This document shows positions 9,665 to 20,920 of a DNA stretch of 36,251 bases, piece by piece (positions within the stretch are counted from its first letter, which is position 1; each line of letters opens with the position of its first letter). The DNA comes from Nemertoderma westbladi. Lineage: Eukaryota > Animalia > Xenacoelomorpha. The position numbers and the translations under genes are program-made. The notes below the pieces were generated by a model. That model ran no database searches. It saw only the letters and a program-made list of their open reading frames with translations, and had not been told where the DNA came from. The stretch is taken from contig JAUCBJ010006111.1 in assembly GCA_032718475.1 (NCBI GenBank), positions 1 through 36,251 on the forward strand, in the 5' to 3' direction.

Positions 9665-12600
9665 ATCTGGTTGCTAGGCAGCCGTCAAATACAGCTGGTG
9701 GTGGTTGTACAATTGTTTTTTAAATTTCCCGCGTTTCTGTAATTACTGTTTTTAATTGTTTGTTATAGTGCCTATAATTGTGTTTGTATTTCTGAAGGTT
9801 TTTATTATTTTGTGAATAAATGAGGCTTGTAAAGAGTTAAAAAAAAAAAAAAAAAAAAGTAAATGTAAAGAAAGGGCCGAGACAGTGTAAATGTAAAGAA
9901 AGGGCTGAGAGAGTGTAAATGTAAAGAAAGGGCCGAGAGAGTGTAAATATAAAGAAAGGGCCGAGAGAGTGTAAATGTAAAGAAAGGGCCGAGAGAGTGT
10001 AAATGTAAAGAAAGGGCCGATAGAGTGTAAAGAGAGGGCCGAGGGAAAGGTGAGTGAGTATAAAGAGAGGGCTGAGAGGGAAAACATGCTGGCGAACCAG
10101 AGTGTGGAGAGAAAAAGGGAAAGGAACGAATGCGGGATAATATGCACATTGCACAACCCACTCCGAGATTTAATGCAGTATCAGGCCAGACAAAAACGCC
10201 GAATGGAACTGGCGAAAATGGGTTTATCAGAAATCGAAGCTGGTTCAGGTAGTATAAATGACGAACCAGGTGTGATGGAAGGTTTTGTTAATACCTCACT
10301 AAGTGGAACTGGACGACAGACACTAGAGTGGTGTGAGTGAAGGAGGGGGGTAACAACATTACTTCTAGTGATAATGCTAATCATTCCATACGGGATTACT
10401 CCAATACTGAAGGTGCTGGTACACAAGAGAATAATATTTTAATAAATAATAACCATAGTAATACCAGCGCTGGTACAGTAAATAATAAATAATAAATAAT
10501 TCGTCTAGAAGGGGCCTGAAAGGCCATGAAGAAATGCAGGCTGGGGCGCAGATAGACAAACCCAGTGACAATAGAAGCGGCGTGTCGATGGGTAGGGAGC
10601 GTAGAGAAGGGGATAAGTGAGACACAACTAGAAGTGACAGGTGGAGGGGGGGGGGGGGGGGGTTACAGCCCCACCAGCACAGCAGAATAATGACGAGGAG
10701 GGTGGGGGCAACAAGTACCCCACAGGTGTCGGCGGCAGCCGCGCGCGGCTAAATAAATCCACCGAGACCTCCAGCGATGGAGGTGGATACGAGATAGCGA
10801 ATATCCGCAAGGCCATACAGCCGGGTAGGGGACGAGGCAGTCACGCCGAGATCAACAAAATGAAGGAATATCAAACCCATTTGGAAGACGAACTGAGAAC
10901 AGTAGCGTTCATCCAGGAGGTCGAAACGAGATCTCAAGGATGTGGATATGGCGCTGGAAGTTGATATCAGGAGGAAAACGAGAGGATTAGACGAGGAGAC
11001 GTTGCCACGAGCAACAGGAGGAGTCGAGATATAACGAACAGCGAGCCATCGATAATCGAAGTAGAGGAATCAAACCGGCAGGAATCAATATCGGGAGATT
11101 GCCGTCGCCCTGAAGAAACGCGGTCTGGGGATTTGTACCTAATGCATTAGAAAGAGAGTTTTCATTCCTAAGAACTAAGAGTCTAACTGGCACCCTGCAA
11201 TGGGTTGTGTCTTTTTGTTTAGCATAATGATCGTGTGGTGGTGTACCTCCCAACCAGCATGCCTAAACTACATGATAATAATATATACAAAATTACATCT
11301 ACAAATATAACATGTGATCGATTGGCGTTAACAGATCTGGTTGCTAGGCAGCCGTCAAATACAGCTGGTGGTGGTTGTACAATTGTTTTTTAAATTTCCC
11401 GCGTTTCTGTAATTACTGTTTTTAATTGTTTGTTATAGTGCCTATAATTGTGTTTGTATTTCTGAAGGTTTTTATTATTTTGTGAATAAATGAGGCTTGT
11501 AAAGAGTTAAAAAAAAAAAAAAAAAAAGTAAATGTAAAGAAAGGGCCGAGACAGTGTAAATGTAAAGAAAGGGCTGAGAGAGTGTAAATGTAAAGAAAGG
11601 GCCGAGAGAGTGTAAATATAAAGAAAGGGCCGAGAGAGTGTAAATGTAAAGAAAGGGCCGATAGAGTGTAAAGAGAGGGCCGAGGGAAAGGTGAGTGAGT
11701 ATAAAGAGAGGGCTGAGAGGGAAAACATGCTGGCGAACCAGAGTGTGGAGAGAAAAAGGGAAAGGAACGAATGCGGGATAATATGCACATTGCACAACCC
11801 ACTCCGAGATTTAATGCAGTATCAGGCCAGACAAAAACGCCGAATGGAACTGGCGAAAATGGGTTTATCAGAAATCGAAGCTGGTTCAGGTAGTATAAAT
11901 GACGAACCAGGTGTGATGGAAGGTTTTGTTAATACCTCACTAAGTGGAACTGGACGACAGACACTAGAGTGGTGTGAGTGAAGGAGGGGGGTAACAACAT
12001 TACTTCTAGTGATAATGCTAATCATTCCATACGGGATTACTCCAATACTGAAGGTGCTGGTACACAAGAGAATAATATTTTAATAAATAATAACCATAGT
12101 AATACCAGCGCTGGTACAGTAAATAATAAATAATAAATAATTCGTCTAGAAGGGGCCTGAAAGGCCATGAAGAAATGCAGGCTGGGGCGCAGATAGACAA
12201 ACCCAGTGACAATAGAAGCGGCGTGTCGATGGGTAGGGAGCGTAGAGAAGGGGATAAGTGAGACACAACTAGAAGTGACAGGTGGAGGGGGGGGGGGGGG
12301 TTACAGCCCCACCAGCACAGCAGAATAATGACGAGGAGGGTGGGGGCAACAAGTACCCCACAGGTGTCGGCGGCAGCCGCGCGCGGCTAAATAAATCCAC
12401 CGAGACCTCCAGCGATGGAGGTGGATACGAGATAGCGAATATCCGCAAGGCCATACAGCCGGGTAGGGGACGAGGCAGTCACGCCGAGATCAACAAAATG
12501 AAGGAATATCAAACCCATTTGGAAGACGAACTGAGAACAGTAGCGTTCATCCAGGAGGTCGAAACGAGATCTCAAGGATGTGGATATGGCGCTGGAAGTT

Positions 12601-12972
12601 GATATCAGGAGGAAAACGAGAGGATTAGACGAGGAGACGTTGCCACGAGCAACAGGAGGAGTCGAGATATAACGAACAGCGAGCCATCGATAATCGAAGT
12701 AGAGGAATCAAACCGGCAGGAATCAATATCGGGAGATTGCCGTCGCCCTGAAGAAACGCGGTCTGGGGATTTGTACCTAATGCATTAGAAAGAGAGTTTT
12801 CATTCCTAAGAACTAAGAGTCTAACTGGCACCCTGCAATGGGTTGTGTCTTTTTGTTTAGCATAATGATCGTGTGGTGGTGTACCTCCCAACCAGCATGC
12901 CTAAATTACATGATAATAATATATACAAAATTACATCTACAAATATAACATGTGATCGATTGGCGTTAACAG
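9665..12972. repeat. Head-to-tail tandem duplication: copy 1 9665-11334 (1670 bp), copy 2 11335-12972 (1638 bp)
   Basis: Both copies start atctggttgctaggcagccg and end ttggcgttaacag. The 32-bp length difference is one 28-bp satellite unit, A20 vs A19 and G17 vs G14. I noticed one substitution (cctaaactac vs cctaaattac). Confidence 0.97.
9859..10080. repeat. Right-hand remainder of the 28-bp satellite (6 units, then degenerate units); repeated with 5 units at 11528-11720
   Basis: Same consensus as 3675-5416, starting immediately after the poly(A). Confidence 0.95.
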
Positions 12973-13887
12973 TCACTATGCTATTACAATAGAGTTGAGC
13001 CTCTTAGGAACGAATAACACCAGCAGATAATCCCCCTATTTACTACAAACATTGTGTATGTAGTACAGTGTTACTTACAAACAACACCTTCCAAGAAGTA
13101 GACGTGAGAAGAAGCAAGAAGAAGAAAACGGGTCAATTTCGCCTGAAATTTTGATAACGTTATGTTGATAAGATTTCGTTAGGTCTACGTAGTTCGAAAT
13201 ACTACCACGATTATTGTGTGCATCTCTAGTTGATATCTGCCTCCCCTTCTGTCACAATCTGTCTAGGCTCGACCAGGGGTCCTGCTGTCGGTAAACCATC
13301 GAGGGCTTGGTTTGGATCCCACAGGCGATAATAAAAATAATGGTTTTTTGGTTACGTTTTATATTTGTTCTCAAAACTAATAAAGTTATCTCACTCAACT
13401 ATGTTAAGGATAACGTACTAACGTAATAATACCAACAAGTAAAATACACAGATAAGGTAAGAGGTGATATTTTGATGTAGACACTACAGTACACTCATGA
13501 ATTAAACTACACCAAATACACCACCAATAAATTTACCAATATTGACAGCATCTGACTAATCTGCAGTTACCACCTCGTACAAATCCATTAGCTGCAGGCA
13601 GAAGCCCCCTGACTAAAATTTCATCGTCCCCGTACTATAGCAATACAACCTTCACGAGTTGCACTTTAATGGGCTTCTTTGTAATTGTAATTAATACGCA
13701 GCATCTAAGTAGTACAACACTCGATATCGTTTGCTCAGTTCCTGCTATGTATCCAAATGGACACTTCCTTCTACACTCATTACAAGCTTAATATATTATT
13801 TTTTTGTGTCTAATTGTGTTTTCTTTTATTAAGTGCAATAATATGTGATATTGTTTCATTTATGAATATAACAATATTATATCACCT

Positions 13888-14110
13888 GCATCTTCAAGGC
13901 CAGTATCCTTTAAGAGGCGTCTTAAAAAAAAGTCATGGGCTATCCACCATGCTTATTTCATGCTTATGATGCCGTCAAAGCATAGTTTTTATGCACTGGA
14001 TGGACCTCACGGTGAAGCAAAGACATGCAAAGCGGAGGCGGCTTTGTTCTAGTGTCAAGCAGGGAACCAATGAGACACCTCCAATGTTATATAGTGTCTC
14101 GTTGGAGATG
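13888..14110 (-). mobile_element. Inverted, diverged partial copy of the adjacent RTE fragment
   Basis: The reverse complement aligns by eye to ~14443-14665 (tgcatcttcaaggccagtatcctttaagaggcgtct vs agacgcatcttaaaggacactggccttgaagatgcg); peptide TLYNIGGVSLVP..LTLEQSRLRFA is shared. Confidence 0.85.
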
Positions 14111-14150
14111 TTCCGTTCAAATGTTAAGCTAGGGGAGCTCAAATGATGGT

Positions 14151-14744
14151 ATGCTTGAGCATGTGGACGACTTCTATTACCTTGGATCATGTATACGGAA
14201 GTCAGATGTGGACACTCGAATGCGTAAGGGAAAGGCATGGGTAGCCTTGAATGGGCATTCCAAGATTTGGAAGTCACATAGAATTCATCGGAAACTTAAG
14301 GTCCGACTATTTAGTGCAGCAGTAGTTCCAGTACTCCTCTATGGGAGTCCATGCTGGACTCTAACTGCTGAGGATACCAAATCTCTGGATGGCACATTCA
14401 CAAGAATGCTACACCGGGTTCACTGTGTCAAGTACAATGCACACATCTCCATCCAGACACTATATAACATTGGAGGTGTCTCATTGGTTCCCTCAAGCTT
14501 GACACTAGAACAAAGCCGCCTCCGCTTTGCAGGACATTTCTTTTGCCGTAAGGACCAGCCAGTGCATAATCTTGTGCTTTGGCGGCCTCATGGAATGAAT
14601 AAGCATTGTGTACAGCCCATGACTTTCTGGAGACGCATCTTAAAGGACACTGGCCTTGAAGATGCGAATGAACTAGCATATGTCATGGGTGATGGGGAGT
14701 TATGGAGGCGCAACTTTGTCAACAAGCCGGCACAGCATTCTTAA
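14151..14744 (+). mobile_element. 5'-truncated RTE-clade non-LTR retrotransposon fragment (C-terminal RT/thumb region)
   Basis: LEHVDDFYYLGS, KGKAWVAL..IWKS, KLKVRLFSAAVVPVLLYGSPCWTLT, RLRFAGH and LVLW are typical of RTE ORF C-termini. Confidence 0.85.
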
Positions 14745-14811
14745 TATATATGTAATATATATAATACAGCTGCAATGCAGCATGCCGATTATAGTAGTAG
14801 TAGTAGGAGAG

Positions 14812-14920
14812 GAGTCTAACGAAACACCTAAAATGTTGTATAGAGTCTGAGTGGAGATGTGTTCAGTTCTTCGTACTTGATACACTTGATACTTGATATA
14901 TGAACCCGGCGCAGCATTCG
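14812..14920 (-). mobile_element. Second short inverted, diverged piece of the same RTE family
   Basis: Reverse complement gaatgctgcgccgggttca...cacatctccactcagactctatacaacattttaggtgtttc matches ~14403-14490. Confidence 0.7.
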
Positions 14921-15615
14921 AATTTTTTGAAAGGCGCCCTGCAGTGGACGGAAGAAAAGCTAGGATATTGCTTAGCCGACGCCGGGATAGAGGGGATTAC
15001 TTAGGGAATTCGTTTTAATTTTTAAGTTTTACTTAGGCGCCATTTTTCGACAATTGTCCGTCAAAGTTGAAAAAAGGGACAAAATGACTTTGCGGGATCC
15101 GCTATAACTCGGCTAATATTAATCATACGGGGACAAAAGTAAGGCGGTTGAAAAGGGGAAGAGTGGTTCTACCTTCGTATCGAATGGGGGTAATATATTT
15201 ATTAATATTTCGGGTGGAAAAAGGGGCCGTATCTTTATCCGTTTTTGTCCGTATTATTTATATAATTCATATTTCCGAAATTTTTAATTCAACTACGCGA
15301 ATAAGAATCTACCAATTGTTTTTCGGAACGCGTAAAAGACCACAGGGGCTACGTTCATATCGAATGGGGGTACAAAAAATATTTCGAAGGGTCCAACAAG
15401 GGCCAGAAAATAATAAAAAGTTTGTAATTAATAACTTTTTAATTGTTGACTCTAGAAGGTTACAGTACAATTATTTATACGGTTATTATCTATACGGGGA
15501 ATCCAAATATCAGATTGGTTTTCCTGCGCAAACGTTATTTAAAAAATGAAGGCCAATATTGAAATTTCGCGTTTCAAACTCGCTGCGCGGCAACTCGTCT
15601 AGCTCGAAAGGGTTA

Positions 15616-15697
15616 GTTACAGCGCCGTAGCTATAGTTACAGCGCCGTAGCTATAGTACAGTGCCGTAGCTATAGTTACAGCGCCGTGTAGCTATTA
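15616..15697. repeat. ~20-bp tandem repeat GTTACAGCGCCGTAGCTATA x4
   Basis: Directly visible. Confidence 0.9.
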
Positions 15698-18549
15698 TAC
15701 AACTGGAGCGGCAGACGATCGAGTGAATTATAATGTTTATAAAAAAAAATTTTTTTTTTTTTTTTGCGTCCAAAAATACCCCCCTCTCAAAAGTTATGTC
15801 AAATTAATTCAAAGAATATACCAATTTTATTGAATTGGGAGCACCAGAACCGAAGTTAGAGCGATTTTAGTGAAAATCTAAAAATTTTTTTTTGCAAAAA
15901 TTCAGGATTGTCTACATTGGTTTTCGTACCCGCGAACTCGGGTTTCATTAATGTGAGCAAAGAGAGATTTAAATTTTAGAGTTTCTTTTTTTAAACATCA
16001 ATAACTCCGGTTCTACTGGGCCGTTTGATCTGAAACCTTTACCAATGTATAGAGGATAGATTCTAATTTGTGAAATAGGAAATAACTTGAGAAAACACAG
16101 TAGTGCACTTAATGCAAGATGCACTTAAATAGTGCACATTTTTTAGATATTTCAAACGCAATTATTTCTTGATCAATTTATCGTAGAATGTTATTTTTTG
16201 GATTAAATCGTAGGTTGGAGTGATTTCTAACTATAATCTTAACATTTGTTTAACTTTTTATGAATATAGTCCAAAATCGCAAATGTCGCGATTTATTAAT
16301 TTGCACTTTTAGTAACTGACACTTGATCTTACACCATCGTAGATCGGTAGAGGATAAACAATAGTGTGTTAAATAGGAACCACCTTTAGGATCCGCTAAA
16401 GTGCACTTGTACAAATAAGTGTGCAAAAGTGCAAAAATGCAAAAATTTTCAAATAGTTCAATAAGGTCACATAGTTCAATACATTGCTTTCTCTGGTTTC
16501 TAACTATATTCTTAACATCTGTGTAACATGAAAGATAGTCACGAAAAGGTACAACAGATATCAAATATGTCAAAAAACAGGTGTGACATTAAATGCACAT
16601 TAAACAATAAATAGAGATCAAATAACAAATGGACCACACATTTGAAAACTCGCACAATTTTTAACTTATTAAATCGCTTCAAATTAATTCAACAGTGGAT
16701 ATTTGGGGGAAGGGGGAAGTTAGATGAACTGCATTTATGTGACAGTGTACATTCGGGGGAAGTTTGGTGAACTGCATTTATGCATGCAGTGAATCCAAAC
16801 TTCCCCTTTTGAGATATCATACACTTAAGACACGCTCGGGTGTCGCGGAAATATTTGTTAATGTCACACTTTGCTTCCATTTCTATTATCCTTTATTATT
16901 ACTCTAATAAGATAATAGATAATATTAATCAGTAATTTAGAACACTAAACTGTCTTTCATGCAAACAAAATTCTAACTAAAGACGGGTGAATGACCTGAC
17001 CAGACCATGCTGCCATGACCATGGAAATAATTTGAAATACAATTATATATCAAATGTTTGGTGAGGCTTCCAAGTTAAACTCAAAACTCCAAAACAATTA
17101 TTTTGTTACATACAGTATATAAAGTTATATGTTCTTCTTCCTCTCATAATAAATTATAAATGAAAAATCACTGATCGCTGTAACATTTCATAACCAAAAT
17201 GTTTCAGTGTGAAAAGTGTACCACATGCCCGCCCAAACAGCCGCAAACGCATAGCCAACAAATTTAACAAAAGGTTACATACATGTTGGGTTCATGACGA
17301 GTGAAAATTGATCGCGTAATATACACACGAAATTGTAAGTCCGGCTCTCCTACACTTCCTTACCCTATGGTAATGTTGTTGTTATAATCTAATATTGGGG
17401 CAGCTTTCTCTTGGTCAGTAGTAGTAGCCATTAGTAGTAGTCACTAGTAGTCGTCAGTAGCTTTTTTTCTTACAGTAATCAAGTTACTTACTAATAACCG
17501 CGGTGGAACAGGTGTAATATAGACGGAAACACATTTTTGAAAGCGAAAATAAAAAACTATCACTGTAAAAATATTTGTAAATCACATTGGATTTTTCTTT
17601 AATTTTTCCACACGCCTCGTACGTATGTGCTTGAAAGGGTGTATGGTAGACTGCTAGGGACCGCTGTTTGGAGGTGGGTAAGACATAATGCAAACAGGGC
17701 CCTATGACAAGACATTACACCATATTTAGAGCTGTTTGCATATCGTCCAGTTTGAGTAAGGCTCGTTTGCGTAACGGTCAGTTTGTCTAAAGTTTCATGT
17801 TTTTGTTAATTTGATTGATTTCTAGATTATTGACCTACAAACAGACAGACATACAGACAGACAGGTAGTTTAGATTTCATCAAACCAGAAAAGTGACATT
17901 TTAAATGTAATCACCGACCACAAAAATCATATATATCACAAATTTTAAATAGTTTGTGCGGTTTCTTAAATTTTAACAGACAGACAGACATACCAATAAC
18001 AGACAGATTAACTAACAGTCCGACAATAGCCCAGGTTCGATAAATAATGAAAACTGTCATCATAATTGAAATCATCGGGGAGTAAAACCCCCATATCAAA
18101 AATGGGTGGAGGGCTTTATTAATTTATTTGTTATATTTTTTGACTGACAAACAGACAGGCATTCAGACAGGCAGACACAGCCACATCCATAAATAATAAA
18201 AATAAAACTTGTTAGCTAAAGGCCCATACACTGATGTGTATCTGAATTCTGGCATGTACCTCTGGCATGTCTGCTTTGAAATATCGTAAAATATACATTT
18301 TAGAAATCCCTCCAATAACTTCAAAGTCGTTTTTCTCAAAACTTTGTTAATATTTGGTCATAAAACTGCTGATTTTCAAAACTCAAATATCTCGACAACA
18401 CATTATTGGATTTAGCTACTACCATGGTTTGATTGTCAGTGAGCGCAGCACCGGGGAACAATTATTATATAGTACATACATGTGACATTATGTTATAAAA
18501 ATAAATGGATCAACATAATGTGTTATCAGGTATCATTATAGTGGTATCA

Positions 18550-18985
18550 CGGGTACGACAAGGTTATTGTTGTGGTCCGCTGCTTTTCATTATTCATATT
18601 AATGATTACCTAGAAAACTAGTTGATGAGCTTCTACCAGATTATTTGCTGATGACGCAAAATTTATCATTAACAGTTCTGACGATAGGGAATTGGTGCAA
18701 AATAATATTTACATATTATCAGATAGGTCAAGTGAATATGGCTAATTAGCAAATAGTAGCATTGGATCAACCACACCTGATTTTACCTAAAATATTAATG
18801 AACTGTATGAGAGAATGTGAGTTCATCTCGTTACCATTGCATTGATAGCAATCTGACTCGTTCTGAGAATATTATAAACATTAACTTCTGCAGCCTACTG
18901 CTGTATAAAATATTTCGATATTTCATAACGCCAGACAAAAAGACCCGCTGCTGTTAACGGCCTATAAATTTTATGTAAGACCATC
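18550..18985 (+). mobile_element. Heavily decayed CR1/L2-group reverse transcriptase relic
   Basis: Manual translation across frames gives VRQGYCCGPLLFIIHIND, RLFADDAKF and LLLTAYKFYVRP; interrupted by stops and frameshifts. Confidence 0.7.
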
Positions 18986-19003
18986 CGCAGGACCGCAACA
19001 GTC

Positions 19004-19141
19004 ACTGGGATCTAATCGAATAGAAAGCGATTCTTCGAGAAATCGATTCGAATCTAAAAATGACGAAATCGAATCGAAAAATGATATTCGATTGGATTCG
19101 ACTTTTTAAATGAAACAAATCACAGCCTAGATTGATTGAAT
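19004..19141. repeat. (AATCG)-rich MITE-like end; related copy at 21730-21922
   Basis: Both copies share actgggatc, aaaaatgacgaaatcgaatcga and aaatcacagcctagattgattgaat. Confidence 0.75.
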
Positions 19142-19470
19142 TGCATCATTCCTGGAATATAGTGTCGTTATTCAGGTACCTGCCCCCCTCCCAAATTTTT
19201 CTACAAATCTAAATGAGATAGCATGAAATTTAAAAGAGAGTTAGTTTCATCTCCCTCCTCGGTAGTGGGTGAGCCAGAACTTTTATTTTGCTCTCATTTT
19301 TCTGCTACAAGCGTTCAAAAATAGTGTCTCCGGCGATATTTCACCTGTTACACTGCAACCTTATAGCGATTTGTTGGTACCAATAGAAAGCTGGCCTTGC
19401 AAGGATTACAAATATAACACAATCTAAATTTCGTTGAAGAATAGCTAAGTTTTGAGCGTTTGAAAGTTGC

Positions 19471-19680
19471 ATGTGGGGCGAGCGACGAAAGTAAGCGAGC
19501 TTAGCATACAGGTACCACTAACTCAATCGGTGTGTCTGTCGATCTGTTGATCTGTCGATCTGTTGTTCTGTCGTTCTGTTGTTCTGTCGTGTCCAATTTT
19601 AAACGTTAATAACTCAGCCAAATGTTAATGAAATTTAACCAAACTTGGTACACATAGTCTGGCCAAAGTTTAGAAATTTT
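19471..19680 (+). mobile_element. Probable non-autonomous DINE/HINE (Helentron-type) interspersed repeat head; related copy at 35766-36043
   Basis: atgtggggcgagc..gcgagc(c)ttagc, then a TCTG-type microsatellite and an aataact...aaccaaa(c/t)tt.gta block at both loci. The family assignment is inferred from architecture. Confidence 0.5.
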
Positions 19681-20643
19681 CCAAGTTGAATTTTCGCGTG
19701 GCCTTCGAGAAGCTAAGATAATATCAGTTAATTAGTTAATTAAGTTAATTAGGGTAAAAACATCAATTTCAACCTGCCTCCTTAAAGGATATTAATTATT
19801 TTCTAGTATAAGATTTAAATAATTATACTTAAAAGTTATACAGCTGTAATCCCCATACAACATTCCATTATAGTTTTTACTTAGTTCAAGTGATTTGCTT
19901 TAATAAATGTGTCTTTAATTCATCTAAACGTAATTAAAGCGGCACAATTATTGAGTAAAAATTTAATCCTTCCCATTATTGGTCAACATAGTCTCTGCGG
20001 GGGTGTAGAGCTGCTAGCTGGCACCAGGGCAGAGGGGAATTGTACTGTAATAGGCAGCCAGTAGTATTGCTATAGCAACACAGACATAACTCCAACCACA
20101 CTGCCTGTATTTCAGTTCCTATTGACTCTATACTATAAATGTTATAAATGTATAAATGAAGATTTTTAAGATGAAGATGAAGATGAAGAAATTTATAAAT
20201 GTATAAAGAAGATATAATGACATAAATACTCATATGTGATAATTGAATGTACCGACATACTGACTAACAGGGGGTTGTTATGTATATATTAACTTTAAAG
20301 TTGGGGTGTAAGACTCTAGTGTTTACTTTAAAGTTAATATATAAATACTTATGGCTGTTGTAGGCTTATATCTGAAGTAGTTTATTCCGCAATATATTTG
20401 TCTGGTTATTTTTTAATTGAATTTTTGCAAAGTAGTAAAATTAATGTTTTTAAAAATAATATTATTATTTTATATGTAACCTAGGAAATTATCTACATAT
20501 TTTCGCTGCAGCTTTAAGAGTGTACATTGATTTAATATTATTTCAATACCCATATTACTACATCGGCATACGATGCGTTGGCGTTGTATCACACATCTTC
20601 ACATAGATGTTACAGTTTCGAAACTTCGCATAGTTATAACTGT

Positions 20644-20920
20644 ATAAAGATCGTCAGTCTTGGTTTAGGAAAAATATTTTAATGCAAAACAGGACGAGCG
20701 ACTAGCGCAACGAGGCATATAATGAAGACCAGTACTGCGTATGCTATGTTCCTATAAACCATACCTGGCTTCGCCTATTGAAGGCATCGGTAGTTATAAA
20801 GATCGTCCGTCAGTCTGCGTTTAGGAAATATGTTTAAATGCAAAACAGGACGAGCACAACGACGTTTATAATAATGAAGACGAGTACTGCCTTCTGCGTT
20901 GAAGGCATCGGTAGTTATAA
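20644..20920. repeat. Diverged local tandem duplication with ~125-150 bp units
   Basis: tataaagatcgtc..tttaggaaa..aatgcaaaacaggacgagc..tataatgaagac.agtactgc..ttgaaggcatcggtagttataaa occurs twice. Confidence 0.8.

Larger units (their letters stand above)
5419..9858 (+). mobile_element. Near full-length CRE-clade-like non-LTR retrotransposon (single ORF, RT plus C-terminal CCHC and restriction-like endonuclease), two frameshifts, poly(A) tail
   Basis: Short 5'UTR after the satellite; ORF motifs as listed in the next feature; 3'UTR 9603-9838 with AATAAA at 9815-9820; A20 at 9839-9858; the satellite resumes at 9859. Confidence 0.9.

Noticed and set aside
9665-12972. LTR pair of an LTR retrotransposon
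   Set aside because: The copies are adjacent with no internal region, lack TG..CA ends and a PBS/PPT, and begin inside a LINE 3'UTR.
15148-15549. 133-aa ORF
   Set aside because: No motif; lies in AT-rich repeat-like DNA with a duplicated tatcgaatgggggta.
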